The notes beneath the pieces were generated by a model. It searched no databases. It was not told where the DNA came from and saw nothing but the letters and a program-made list of their open reading frames with translations. From positions 1,536 through 65,535 of the forward strand of contig JBHPFW010000005.1 of the NCBI GenBank assembly GCA_042571645.1: a stretch of DNA of 64,000 nt, read 5' to 3'. Below, one piece after another: positions 1 through 8,240 of the stretch. The DNA comes from Nanobdellota archaeon. Its GTDB lineage: Archaea > Nanobdellota > Nanobdellia > Woesearchaeales > JBHPFW01. A program made the translations under genes and the position numbers. Numbering within the stretch: position 1 is the stretch's first letter; each line of letters begins with the position of its first letter.

Positions 1-1
1 T

Positions 2-175
2 TACCAATCATTTCTAAAAGAAATTGAACTTGCAAAAGAAATTCACAAAAAAGTTATAATTATTGAATCTGACAAGGAATTCAAGTTTTCAATCACAGAC
101 TTTTCCCATACAAATGAATTGATTAAAGCTGGAGAAAGGATTGCTAAAAGAATGTTAAGACATATAATAGTATGA
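2..175 (+). CDS. 3' end of a gene entering from the left edge; patatin-like phospholipase C-terminus
   Basis: Frame 2 reads YQSFLKEIELAKE...SITDFSHTNELIKAGERIAKRMLRHIIV*; the DF...ELI..G ending resembles patatin C-termini. Not in the ORF track. Confidence 0.45.
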   Translation, partial: YQSFLKEIELAKEIHKKVIIIESDKEFKFSITDFSHTNELIKAGERIAKRMLRHIIV

Positions 176-264
176 GTTCTGAAAGGATTTTACTCAAATC
201 AACCCAAAGGTTTATATACTTTGAAGACTATATAATGCATTATACATTATCTGGGGGGATTAAT

Positions 265-393
265 GTGAATGCTATGACTAAATCGCTTGATGAACTCAAG
301 AAAGAATTAGAAGAAGAAAAAAGGAAATCATTCCTGGAAAAAAGGGGCTCTCTAAATCATCTTGAAGAACCTTTCATTGAGGAAGAAAACTAA
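265..393 (+). CDS. small hypothetical protein
   Basis: Charged helical peptide; a G-run (SD-like) precedes GTG at 265 within ORF 172..393. Confidence 0.35.
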   Translation: MNAMTKSLDELKKELEEEKRKSFLEKRGSLNHLEEPFIEEEN

Positions 394-438
394 CTTTCTA
401 GGACAAATTATTTAATATCTGCTTATTCTACTAATCTT

Positions 439-957
439 ATGACATCTAAAACACCTGTTTATTTATGGACTGGAGAAGGCTGGGGTAAAAGTACTTCTGC
501 AATTGGTGTTGCACTAAGAGCGGTAGGCCATGGAAGAACCGTTACCATAATCCAATTCATGAAAGGTTGGGGAGATAAAATTGGAGAGTATAAAGTCCGT
601 GAAAGATTACAACCAGAGTATGAGATTTATCAATTTGGCTCAGAAACTTGGATAGATCTAGAAAATCCAAAAGAAGAAGATATAGCCAGAGCAAAAAAAG
701 GATTAGAGTTTGCTAAAGAAAAACTTAAGGAAAAACCTTTTCTATTAATTCTTGATGAAATTAATATTGCAGTTGCAAAAAAACTCATTGAAGAAAAAGA
801 TGTTCTTGATTTTATTGATCAAGCTCCAGAACAAACAACTATTTATTTAACTGGAAGATATGCTACTCCTGCTTTAATAAAACGTTCTAATTTTGCTACA
901 GAAATCAAGCCAATAAAGAAAAGTGATTATATTGCAGGCGAAGGAATAGATTATTAA
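439..957 (+). CDS. cobO: cob(I)alamin adenosyltransferase (CobO/BtuR family)
   Basis: TGEGWGKSTSAIG P-loop variant, IQFMKG, LILDEI and LTGRYA motifs. Confidence 0.9.
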   Translation: MTSKTPVYLWTGEGWGKSTSAIGVALRAVGHGRTVTIIQFMKGWGDKIGEYKVRERLQPEYEIYQFGSETWIDLENPKEEDIARAKKGLEFAKEKLKEKPFLLILDEINIAVAKKLIEEKDVLDFIDQAPEQTTIYLTGRYATPALIKRSNFATEIKPIKKSDYIAGEGIDY

Positions 958-974
958 AAAAATAACAAAAAGTT

Positions 975-1166
975 TTATCTCTTTTTCTTTTTTTCTGGTT
1001 CAATACCCCAATATTTAGCTACAACACCTGACAAAATCCAGATTGCAATTGCCGCAATTAAGCCATTCATAAATTCATATGTTCCAGTAAACAAACCAAT
1101 TAATAGAACTATCAAGCCAATTCCTCCTAATAATTTAATCATTGCTTCTTTTTGGTTTCTTTTCAT
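975..1166 (-). CDS. small two-TM membrane protein
   Basis: Two hydrophobic helices and a basic C-tail; GAGGTG SD upstream of the ATG at 1166. Confidence 0.7.
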   Translation of the reverse strand: MKRNQKEAMIKLLGGIGLIVLLIGLFTGTYEFMNGLIAAIAIWILSGVVAKYWGIEPEKKKKR

Positions 1167-1301
1167 AAATATACACCTCAACTCTAATTTCAGTTAGTTA
1201 TTATATAAATATTGTGAAAAAATCTTATTAAGCTTATTCACAGCAAAATCAGCTATAGGCTTAAGATTAAGAATATCTTCTTCATTAAAGAATTAAAATC
1301 A

Positions 1302-2315
1302 TCAGTAACCATAAGAATCGTTAATAGGCATAGTATAATTATGATTAGAACTAGACGAACCATTAACAGGAACAGTATAACTTTGATTAGAACTAGACGA
1401 ACCATTAACAGGAACAGTATAACTTTGATTAGAACTAGGCGAACCATTAATAGGTGATGTCAAACATTCAATACTGCCTGGTATACAAGGGCAGTCTGCA
1501 GAAGGAGGTAAAATCTCATTAAATAAATCCATCACATCTAATTCAGATAACGCCACATCAAATATTTTTAATTCATCAATGCTTCCTTTGAAAGGACTGG
1601 CAAATCCTGTTCTTGCGCCAATAACAGTGCCTTGAGTATCTGTTAATGCTGCATGAGCAAGAGTATTTGTCAATCTTACTCCGTCAAGATATCCTTCTAC
1701 AAGTTTGTTTTGATTAATCATAACAACATGATGCCAACCGATAGTATCGCTAAAAAAAACAGATTTACTCGCATAATTCCTAGTTCTATCAGAATTATAA
1801 CCCTTATAATTAGTCAATCTAAGTCGTCCATTATATATTTGAATTCCCATTCGATTATTCCTGTTAACACTCGAAGTTAAGAGTGTCTTAACTCCTGAAG
1901 CATCATCTGCCTTAAACCACATTGATACTGTCCAATCCTTATTATAATCTAAATTAGATTGATATCCTATTGTTTGAATATATTTTCCATCACCATCAAA
2001 ATATGCTGCCTGATCACTTTTACCAGGAATGCAAACAACACCACTCACATTTTCACCAGTTATAGTTCCAGTAAGATCAACCACATCGTTATTAAATTGA
2101 TAATGAGCAATTAAATCAGATTGCGTAATGCCTTCAGTTGCTTGTCCTGCCAAATCACCCTCTGGTTCGCCAGGTATAATCAATGATTGTTCAGATATAG
2201 CATATCCTTTTGGCACAGGAGCACCTCTACCCACAAACAGTATAATCAACCCTACTACTGCCACAATACCAACAATCGCAAGAATCATTAATTCAGACTG
2301 ACTTTTTTTGTTCAT
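1302..2315 (-). CDS. LamG/concanavalin A-like surface protein with class III (pilin-like) signal peptide
   Basis: MNKKSQ followed by a hydrophobic stretch; WTVSMWFK, WHHVV and FKGSIDELKIFD LamG motifs. Confidence 0.8.
   Translation of the reverse strand: MNKKSQSELMILAIVGIVAVVGLIILFVGRGAPVPKGYAISEQSLIIPGEPEGDLAGQATEGITQSDLIAHYQFNNDVVDLTGTITGENVSGVVCIPGKSDQAAYFDGDGKYIQTIGYQSNLDYNKDWTVSMWFKADDASGVKTLLTSSVNRNNRMGIQIYNGRLRLTNYKGYNSDRTRNYASKSVFFSDTIGWHHVVMINQNKLVEGYLDGVRLTNTLAHAALTDTQGTVIGARTGFASPFKGSIDELKIFDVALSELDVMDLFNEILPPSADCPCIPGSIECLTSPINGSPSSNQSYTVPVNGSSSSNQSYTVPVNGSSSSNHNYTMPINDSYGY
1321..1454. repeat. about 3 x 42-bp coding tandem repeat (NGSSSSNQSYTVPV)
   Basis: Unit tgattagaactagacgaaccattaacaggaacagtataactt at 1342 and 1384, partial at 1426. 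Confidence 0.9.
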
Positions 2316-2358
2316 AACATCGCCTTTTAGCATAATAACACAATTAAACACTAACAAT

Positions 2359-3108
2359 TTATAAATATTGCGTGAATTGCTTTTTCAACTTCCCCACAGC
2401 AAAATCAGCTATTGGCTTTAAATTAAGAATATCTTCTTCATTATACTCTGCCAGCATTTCCAAATAAGCTTTATCACCAGTTGCTTTCCAGCATCTCCAT
2501 AATTCTGCAGCATCATCTCCGCCAACATACTTTAAACTCTCAGGACGTTTGATCCCGAGTTGTTTCTCAATATTTTTCAAGCCACCACTCAAGCCAACCT
2601 TTCTGCAAACATGCATTAAATCCATGTGCGGAATATCAAAATCTATGCGGAAGTATCTTTTCAGCACAGGAACATCAAAACTTCTGCCATTGAATGTGAC
2701 AAGCAATTTGTATTTGGCTAACTCTTTCTTGAGGGATTTAATATCTAAATTAATATCTCTTATCATTATTTTTGAATCATAACCATCACTTAGCCCAACT
2801 ACAGTGATATTTCCATAATAACTGCAGGTTTCTATGTCTAGAAATATTGCTTCATCTTTGAACTGCTCATATAATCTCCAATGTTCTTTCATTGGCAAAA
2901 GGTTTGTGAAATATTTAGAATTATCCTCTTCTAAATTCTGCTCAGCACTCTTGATTATTTTATCACAAGCATATTTTTTTTGCCTGGAAATGCCCTTAAT
3001 ATCTTTTACACCCAGAAAGTCATTCCAATCTTTAATGCCTTGCTTCCAGATATTCTGCTCTTTTTTCTGTGCTACTTTTGGAAAGATTTGAAAAGTATTT
3101 CGGATCAT
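2359..3108 (-). CDS. RNase H-like (DEDD) 3'-5' exonuclease, YprB/MrfB-like
   Basis: FLDIET, VTFNGRSFDVP, HMDL, GLKNIEKQLGI and YNEED motifs. Confidence 0.85.
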   Translation of the reverse strand: MIRNTFQIFPKVAQKKEQNIWKQGIKDWNDFLGVKDIKGISRQKKYACDKIIKSAEQNLEEDNSKYFTNLLPMKEHWRLYEQFKDEAIFLDIETCSYYGNITVVGLSDGYDSKIMIRDINLDIKSLKKELAKYKLLVTFNGRSFDVPVLKRYFRIDFDIPHMDLMHVCRKVGLSGGLKNIEKQLGIKRPESLKYVGGDDAAELWRCWKATGDKAYLEMLAEYNEEDILNLKPIADFAVGKLKKQFTQYL

Positions 3109-3153
3109 AGAAAAAGAAAGAACTTATTGGTTTAAATATGCTCCCCTCGTAAG

Positions 3154-3166
3154 TGTCCAGTGGGAA
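3154..3166 (-). promoter_or_regulatory. palindromic box 1 (TTCCCACTGGACA), 15 bp upstream of TATTTAAA
   Basis: Box end is 46 bp from the exonuclease ATG at 3108; the same motif and spacing occur at 22317, 36007 and 63038. Confidence 0.7.
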
Positions 3167-3170
3167 TTCT

Positions 3171-3773
3171 CTAAAAAACAACTATGCCCTTAACAACAAC
3201 AATAACATAAGCTATGATAATATATCTTATTGTTCTAGGAATTAAAGCAAAAAGAAGAAAGTCTCTTATTCTTACTCTAAAAATCCCTGAAATCCAGCAC
3301 ATCAGCACATAAGGCACAGGAGTCATAGCAGCTAAAGCCAAAGCAATTTTATCAAATCTTCTGAAAAAATTCTTCCACTTGCTATATTTTTCAAATCCAA
3401 AAATCACTTTAACAGCTTTTTCTCCATATGTGATTCCAAGTGAATAACTCATTAAACTGGCAAGATAACTTCCAAAAGAAATTATCATTATAACTATAAA
3501 GATATTAAAACCCAAAAGTATTCCTGTAATCAAAGCCACATCTGGACTTAACGGCTGACCTAACAAATCAGTAAGAAATGAACTCAAGAAAAGAGCTAAA
3601 TATCCATAAGTCCCAATTGATTCTTTGATGGTAACTTCAAGTTGTCTATAATTGAACAGAACATATACAAATATCCCCATAAATATAAGAAAAATAATAA
3701 CACTGATAACCTCAATAATTCTGATATTCCTTGGGTTTTCAATAATCTTTTCAACAACTTTACGTTTTTTCAT
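3171..3773 (-). CDS. DedA/VTT-domain (YqaA-like) membrane protein
   Basis: Multiple TMs; SYSLG, TPVPY and PRTIRY motifs. Confidence 0.8.
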   Translation of the reverse strand: MKKRKVVEKIIENPRNIRIIEVISVIIFLIFMGIFVYVLFNYRQLEVTIKESIGTYGYLALFLSSFLTDLLGQPLSPDVALITGILLGFNIFIVIMIISFGSYLASLMSYSLGITYGEKAVKVIFGFEKYSKWKNFFRRFDKIALALAAMTPVPYVLMCWISGIFRVRIRDFLLFALIPRTIRYIIIAYVIVVVKGIVVF

Positions 3774-3874
3774 GTGAAAACCCTAAACCAAACTGAGTTT
3801 ATATACTTTTTCAAAATCCACTTTCATCAGATTTATAGATAATATTTAAAAAGCTCTAAAACCGGGATTTCGAT

Positions 3875-6103
3875 ATGAAGACAAATAAGCCAACTCCTAA
3901 GAAACTGAAAGGAATATTTAAAAAAGGCATTGAGAGAAGTCTCATATATTCAATACAGAAACAAAGCCTTCTGAATTACTTCAAGAAAACAGTCAACAAA
4001 ATCAATGAAAAATGCAAGCACTTAGATATTAAAGATGTTTCCTCTATGGATCAGCTTCTACAGGCAATGACTAAGATCTCTGGTTTTGAAGAATATGAAA
4101 CATTTAAGAAAAATATTAATATGTACTTGAAAAAAAGAGCAATAATCAGAAGAAAATTCTCAAAAGATGAAATAGACTTTCTGTGGATACTCCACAGTAA
4201 AGATTTTGATAGTTTTGAAAAACACAAACTCACAAAATTATACAAACATCTCAAAAAAGAACATATGTTCTTAAGAAAATCAATAGACTTCCTGATAGCT
4301 CTGAGAGAACAGAGACTTGATCTAATTTTCACCCGATATCCTAAACTCAAGGTCTTTTACAGGCTGATTGATGAACTAACTAGAGCCAAACCAACCCAAA
4401 GATCACCTGTCAGTACAGTAAAAGCCATAACTCGAAGAGAAATAGATAATCTAGAAAAAGCCCAAATAGAGGAATTCCTAAAGAACATACAAAGAGAAGA
4501 ACTGCTAAAAAACAATCTTCAACACACGCTTATTGATTTCTTTACTAACAACAAAATAACAGAACCGCCAAAACATAAAAGAATAAATTCAAGACAAATG
4601 ACCTCATTAAGTCTCCTACTTTATCAGTTATTTACCTTTGGTTTAACCGGCTGCGGAGAAATGCCTAGCAGAACAGGTTCTACAGGTTCTGAATCCTATG
4701 GTGAAAGTGCAACAACTCCAACCGAAACAACGCCGAGTGAAGCAACAACACCAGAAGAAGAATGTAATCTTCCAGAAATTGGCAGCGACATTGATAATTA
4801 TTTATTGCTAGTAAAAGGTGAAGAAGAAGTTAAAGAAATTATTGCTAATTTAAAGTCTATTGAACATCTGCCTCATTGGAATGAAATTGAACTAAATCTG
4901 AAATTCTGGACACATTATGAACCTAGTGATTTGAAAGAAGAATTCAAATGCGCAAGTAAAGACATAAAATTTATTCTTTTAACACGTGAAGAAACTAATA
5001 AAGTTTGTAATAGTGGACTAGCCTGTCTGATGACTTTTCCTGATAATATTTATAGATATATTGTTTTGCCATTTCCAACAGAATTTAACTCTGTAAAGAA
5101 CTTTATATCTACAGCTGCTCATGAGGCTTATCATGCTATGGGAAAAAGCATAGGTCTCTCCCCATTTACAAAAGGAAAAATTGATCAAGTAGTAGATAAA
5201 AGTGAAAGAGTAACAGTTATTTTAAGTGAATTTGTTGATTTTTTGCAAGAAATTCGTTATGCAAAAGATTCAACTAACTTCTATCTAGAGTTCTATCATT
5301 ATATGAAAAGAGTTAAGAAATCATTTGTATCTCTATCAAATCTCCCACTACAAGAAGAACAACAGTGGTTTAATCACGATGACGCAGTTCAATGGGCTAT
5401 TCATAATCTTCTTATGGTATGGAAAGAAGATTCTTCACTTAATACCATAAGAGATTTCTTTTCTAATTTGAGTTATTCAACCGAGGCCGCGCCTAAAAAT
5501 TTTAGACTTACTTCTGAAGAAATTGAGCAGTTTATGAAACTTTTGAGCGATATAATTAATACACCTGAAATGGGTAAGATCATTAATGGAAATATTCATA
5601 ACCTTCTTGAGAATGCAGATTCATATGATGATAGGGAATCTTTGGAAATAGTAAGAGCAAAGATAAAGGCAGCCATTAGGGGCGAAATTACATTTGAATT
5701 CAATGAGGATTCTAAACAAAGAATACACGACGAAAATATTCAACATTTCAATGAAATTTCAGAAGAAGGGTTCTTTGAAAGATTCTACAATGTTGCGCCC
5801 ATGCTTCAATCCACTATTGAAATGGTTTTTCACATCATTATGAGCACAAAAAATTGCGATCCAGAAGAGATTTATGAGATTATGAAAAGAATAATTAGAT
5901 TAAATGAACTAAATGAGGATGGAAATGGATTAATCATTTATTATTTTGAAAGCTTATTAGAAGAAGAATTATGGAAAAAATTTAATGACTTATCATTCCC
6001 TACAGAAACATTCGAATATCTGCAACAATTCGAAGAACTGCGCGAACATTCTCACTTTATAGAAGAATTAGATGAAAGAATTGCAGAGTTAGAAAACCAA
6101 TAA
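3875..6103 (+). CDS. large hypothetical protein with internal TM/lipobox and HExxH zincin motif
   Basis: LSLLLYQLFTFGLTGC at about aa 245-260, then a T/E-rich linker and AAHEAYHAMG. Confidence 0.6.
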   Translation: MKTNKPTPKKLKGIFKKGIERSLIYSIQKQSLLNYFKKTVNKINEKCKHLDIKDVSSMDQLLQAMTKISGFEEYETFKKNINMYLKKRAIIRRKFSKDEIDFLWILHSKDFDSFEKHKLTKLYKHLKKEHMFLRKSIDFLIALREQRLDLIFTRYPKLKVFYRLIDELTRAKPTQRSPVSTVKAITRREIDNLEKAQIEEFLKNIQREELLKNNLQHTLIDFFTNNKITEPPKHKRINSRQMTSLSLLLYQLFTFGLTGCGEMPSRTGSTGSESYGESATTPTETTPSEATTPEEECNLPEIGSDIDNYLLLVKGEEEVKEIIANLKSIEHLPHWNEIELNLKFWTHYEPSDLKEEFKCASKDIKFILLTREETNKVCNSGLACLMTFPDNIYRYIVLPFPTEFNSVKNFISTAAHEAYHAMGKSIGLSPFTKGKIDQVVDKSERVTVILSEFVDFLQEIRYAKDSTNFYLEFYHYMKRVKKSFVSLSNLPLQEEQQWFNHDDAVQWAIHNLLMVWKEDSSLNTIRDFFSNLSYSTEAAPKNFRLTSEEIEQFMKLLSDIINTPEMGKIINGNIHNLLENADSYDDRESLEIVRAKIKAAIRGEITFEFNEDSKQRIHDENIQHFNEISEEGFFERFYNVAPMLQSTIEMVFHIIMSTKNCDPEEIYEIMKRIIRLNELNEDGNGLIIYYFESLLEEELWKKFNDLSFPTETFEYLQQFEELREHSHFIEELDERIAELENQ

Positions 6104-7750
6104 CTAAATCTTAATCGCAACAGCATTAATCATTCTTTTTTGTTCTTTCTTGATGCTGTCAACAACTTTCTTTAATTCTTCTGGATCTAATTTGCCGTTC
6201 TTTTCAACAGAATAAATTCCAACTGCATTTTTCTTGTCAGAACTTTGATTTACTCCTGATTGTCTAATATTATAGCCGGCATTTGCAAATGTTTCTGAGA
6301 TAAAAGCATTCATGCCTGGACCTTCTTCATATTGGAATATTGCAATAAGCTCTTCCTTAGTTAATTCAAAGCCTACTCCAATTCCATCAATGGTTGTTAT
6401 CTTTGGAACTCCATCAACCAAAGTAGCTCTAATTACATGTCTAATCTTTCCTTCATCTGCTTTATACTTTACCTCGATAACATAACCATGCTCTCCTGTT
6501 TCCTCTGTTGAAGATTTTATTTCTATTCCAGAAGTTTTTGCTTTAGCTAGTGCTTCTCCTGGCTTTATAGTCGAGGCTTCTCCCTCTGCTTCAAAGACTC
6601 CTTTGATAACGCAGCCAGAAAGTTGTTTTGCATATTTGCTTAAACCACTGAATGCAGTAAGCTTTAGTCTTTCTGGAGATCTATCATTAGCCAAACCATA
6701 AGCTATCATTCCAAGATCTGTTGCTAATCCTGCATAATCCCTCATCTTACTCGGTATTGGAGAGTTAACTGCATTAACAACTATGCCTTCTGTTAAAAAG
6801 TCAACTACTTGTCTTGCAGCAGCAGTTGCTGCATTAAAATTTGCTTCCGAAGTATTTGCCCCTATATGCGGAGTAAAAATTGCATTGCTTAATTCAATCA
6901 TCTCAGAATCTGGTGCTTCTCCTTCATGAGAGACATCTGCTGCATATTTAAAATCAAGATTCTTTTTGAGATGTAAAATTAATTCTTTTTTATCTACAAC
7001 CTCTGCTCTTGCTGAATTAATTAACAAACCATCCTTTTTCATCAATCCCAATAATTTTAAGTTAATTGAATTTGTTGTTTCTGGTGTTGCAGGAATATGT
7101 AATGTGATAATATCTGCCTCTGCATATAATTTTTGCAAATCGTCAACTAATGTTACTCCAAGTTGTTCTGCAACATCTGGCATTACATACGGATCAAAAG
7201 CATATATTTCCATGCCAAATCCGTGAGCTATTTTTGCAACAATCTGTCCAATATTCCCAAAGCCGTGTATGCCTAGTTTTTTTCCTTTTAGTTCTCTGCC
7301 TGCACATTCTTTTTTTAGAAACTCACCATTTGTCAAACCAATATGTCCCTTAGGTATATTCCTTTTTGCACTTACAGCTAGCCCGAAAACCAGTTCTGCT
7401 ACAGCATTAGAATTCTGGCCAGGAGTATTCATTACAGTTACACCTTCTGCTTCTGCAGTTTTTGTATCAATTGTGTTAAACCCTGCACCGCCTCTTACAA
7501 TTAGCTTGAGAGAATTGTCTTTATTGCTTTTTCCTGCTGAAATCTCTTCTGGATTTATCTTATCACTTCTGACAATTACTGCATCATAACCTTTTTTCAG
7601 CTCATTTCGTAGATCGTTTTCTGATTTATATGACTTAAGAACATTTACTTTTAATCCCGCAGCTTCCATTATCTTGACTGCTGTCTGCTCTGCTTCTTTT
7701 GCATATGGTGATTTTGTTGCTATTAGGACTTTTTTCTTTTTATCTGACAT
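6104..7750 (-). CDS. serA: D-3-phosphoglycerate dehydrogenase (long form with C-terminal regulatory domains)
   Basis: VRS, RGGAGFN, NTPGQNSNAVAE, GIHGFGNIG, INSAR and TPHIGA motifs; GAGGT SD before the ATG at 7750. Confidence 0.85.
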   Translation of the reverse strand: MSDKKKKVLIATKSPYAKEAEQTAVKIMEAAGLKVNVLKSYKSENDLRNELKKGYDAVIVRSDKINPEEISAGKSNKDNSLKLIVRGGAGFNTIDTKTAEAEGVTVMNTPGQNSNAVAELVFGLAVSAKRNIPKGHIGLTNGEFLKKECAGRELKGKKLGIHGFGNIGQIVAKIAHGFGMEIYAFDPYVMPDVAEQLGVTLVDDLQKLYAEADIITLHIPATPETTNSINLKLLGLMKKDGLLINSARAEVVDKKELILHLKKNLDFKYAADVSHEGEAPDSEMIELSNAIFTPHIGANTSEANFNAATAAARQVVDFLTEGIVVNAVNSPIPSKMRDYAGLATDLGMIAYGLANDRSPERLKLTAFSGLSKYAKQLSGCVIKGVFEAEGEASTIKPGEALAKAKTSGIEIKSSTEETGEHGYVIEVKYKADEGKIRHVIRATLVDGVPKITTIDGIGVGFELTKEELIAIFQYEEGPGMNAFISETFANAGYNIRQSGVNQSSDKKNAVGIYSVEKNGKLDPEELKKVVDSIKKEQKRMINAVAIKI

Positions 7751-7815
7751 ATTCATACCTCTTGTCTTGAATAATAATGACAATTTAGGCCATTATTTAA
7801 AGGTTTTTACTGGGT

Positions 7816-8205
7816 TTATTCTTTTTCCTCTTTTTTCTTAAAAAACAACCAGTTTTCAGGACCGGATTTGGAGAACTTAACCAAAACAAATTGCCCATTT
7901 AATTTTTTACCATTAAGCTTGAAAACAATCTTAGAGTCTTTTTTATCAATTGATTCATAAGTTCCTCTATCCCATATCTTCACAGTGCCAGCACCATATT
8001 GTCCTTCAGGTATTTCACCCTCAAAATCAGCATAATCAAGATCATGGTCTGCCACACTCACAGCAAGTCTTTTTACTTTTGGATCAGTACTTGGCTCTTT
8101 GGGTATAGCCCACGATTTCAGCACTCCATCAATCTCTAATCTAAAGTCCCAATGAAGATGGCTTGCATCATGCTTTTGCACTACAAATATTGGTTTTTTT
8201 GGCAT
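7816..8205 (-). CDS. stand-alone LigD-type 3'-phosphoesterase (PE) domain protein
   Basis: FVVQKHDASHLHWDFRLE, LKSWAIPK and FEGEIPEGQYGAG.V.IWDRG motifs. Confidence 0.92.
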   Translation of the reverse strand: MPKKPIFVVQKHDASHLHWDFRLEIDGVLKSWAIPKEPSTDPKVKRLAVSVADHDLDYADFEGEIPEGQYGAGTVKIWDRGTYESIDKKDSKIVFKLNGKKLNGQFVLVKFSKSGPENWLFFKKKEEKE

Positions 8206-8240
8206 ATTGAGGCTTAGGAGATAAATATTTATAAGTATTA

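Noticed and set aside
1253-1447. 64-aa repetitive hydrophobic ORF
   Set aside because: Alternative-frame reading of the 42-bp tandem repeat in the LamG gene.
1321-1454. CRISPR array
   Set aside because: The repeats are head-to-tail with no unique spacers and are in frame within a CDS; no cas genes are present.
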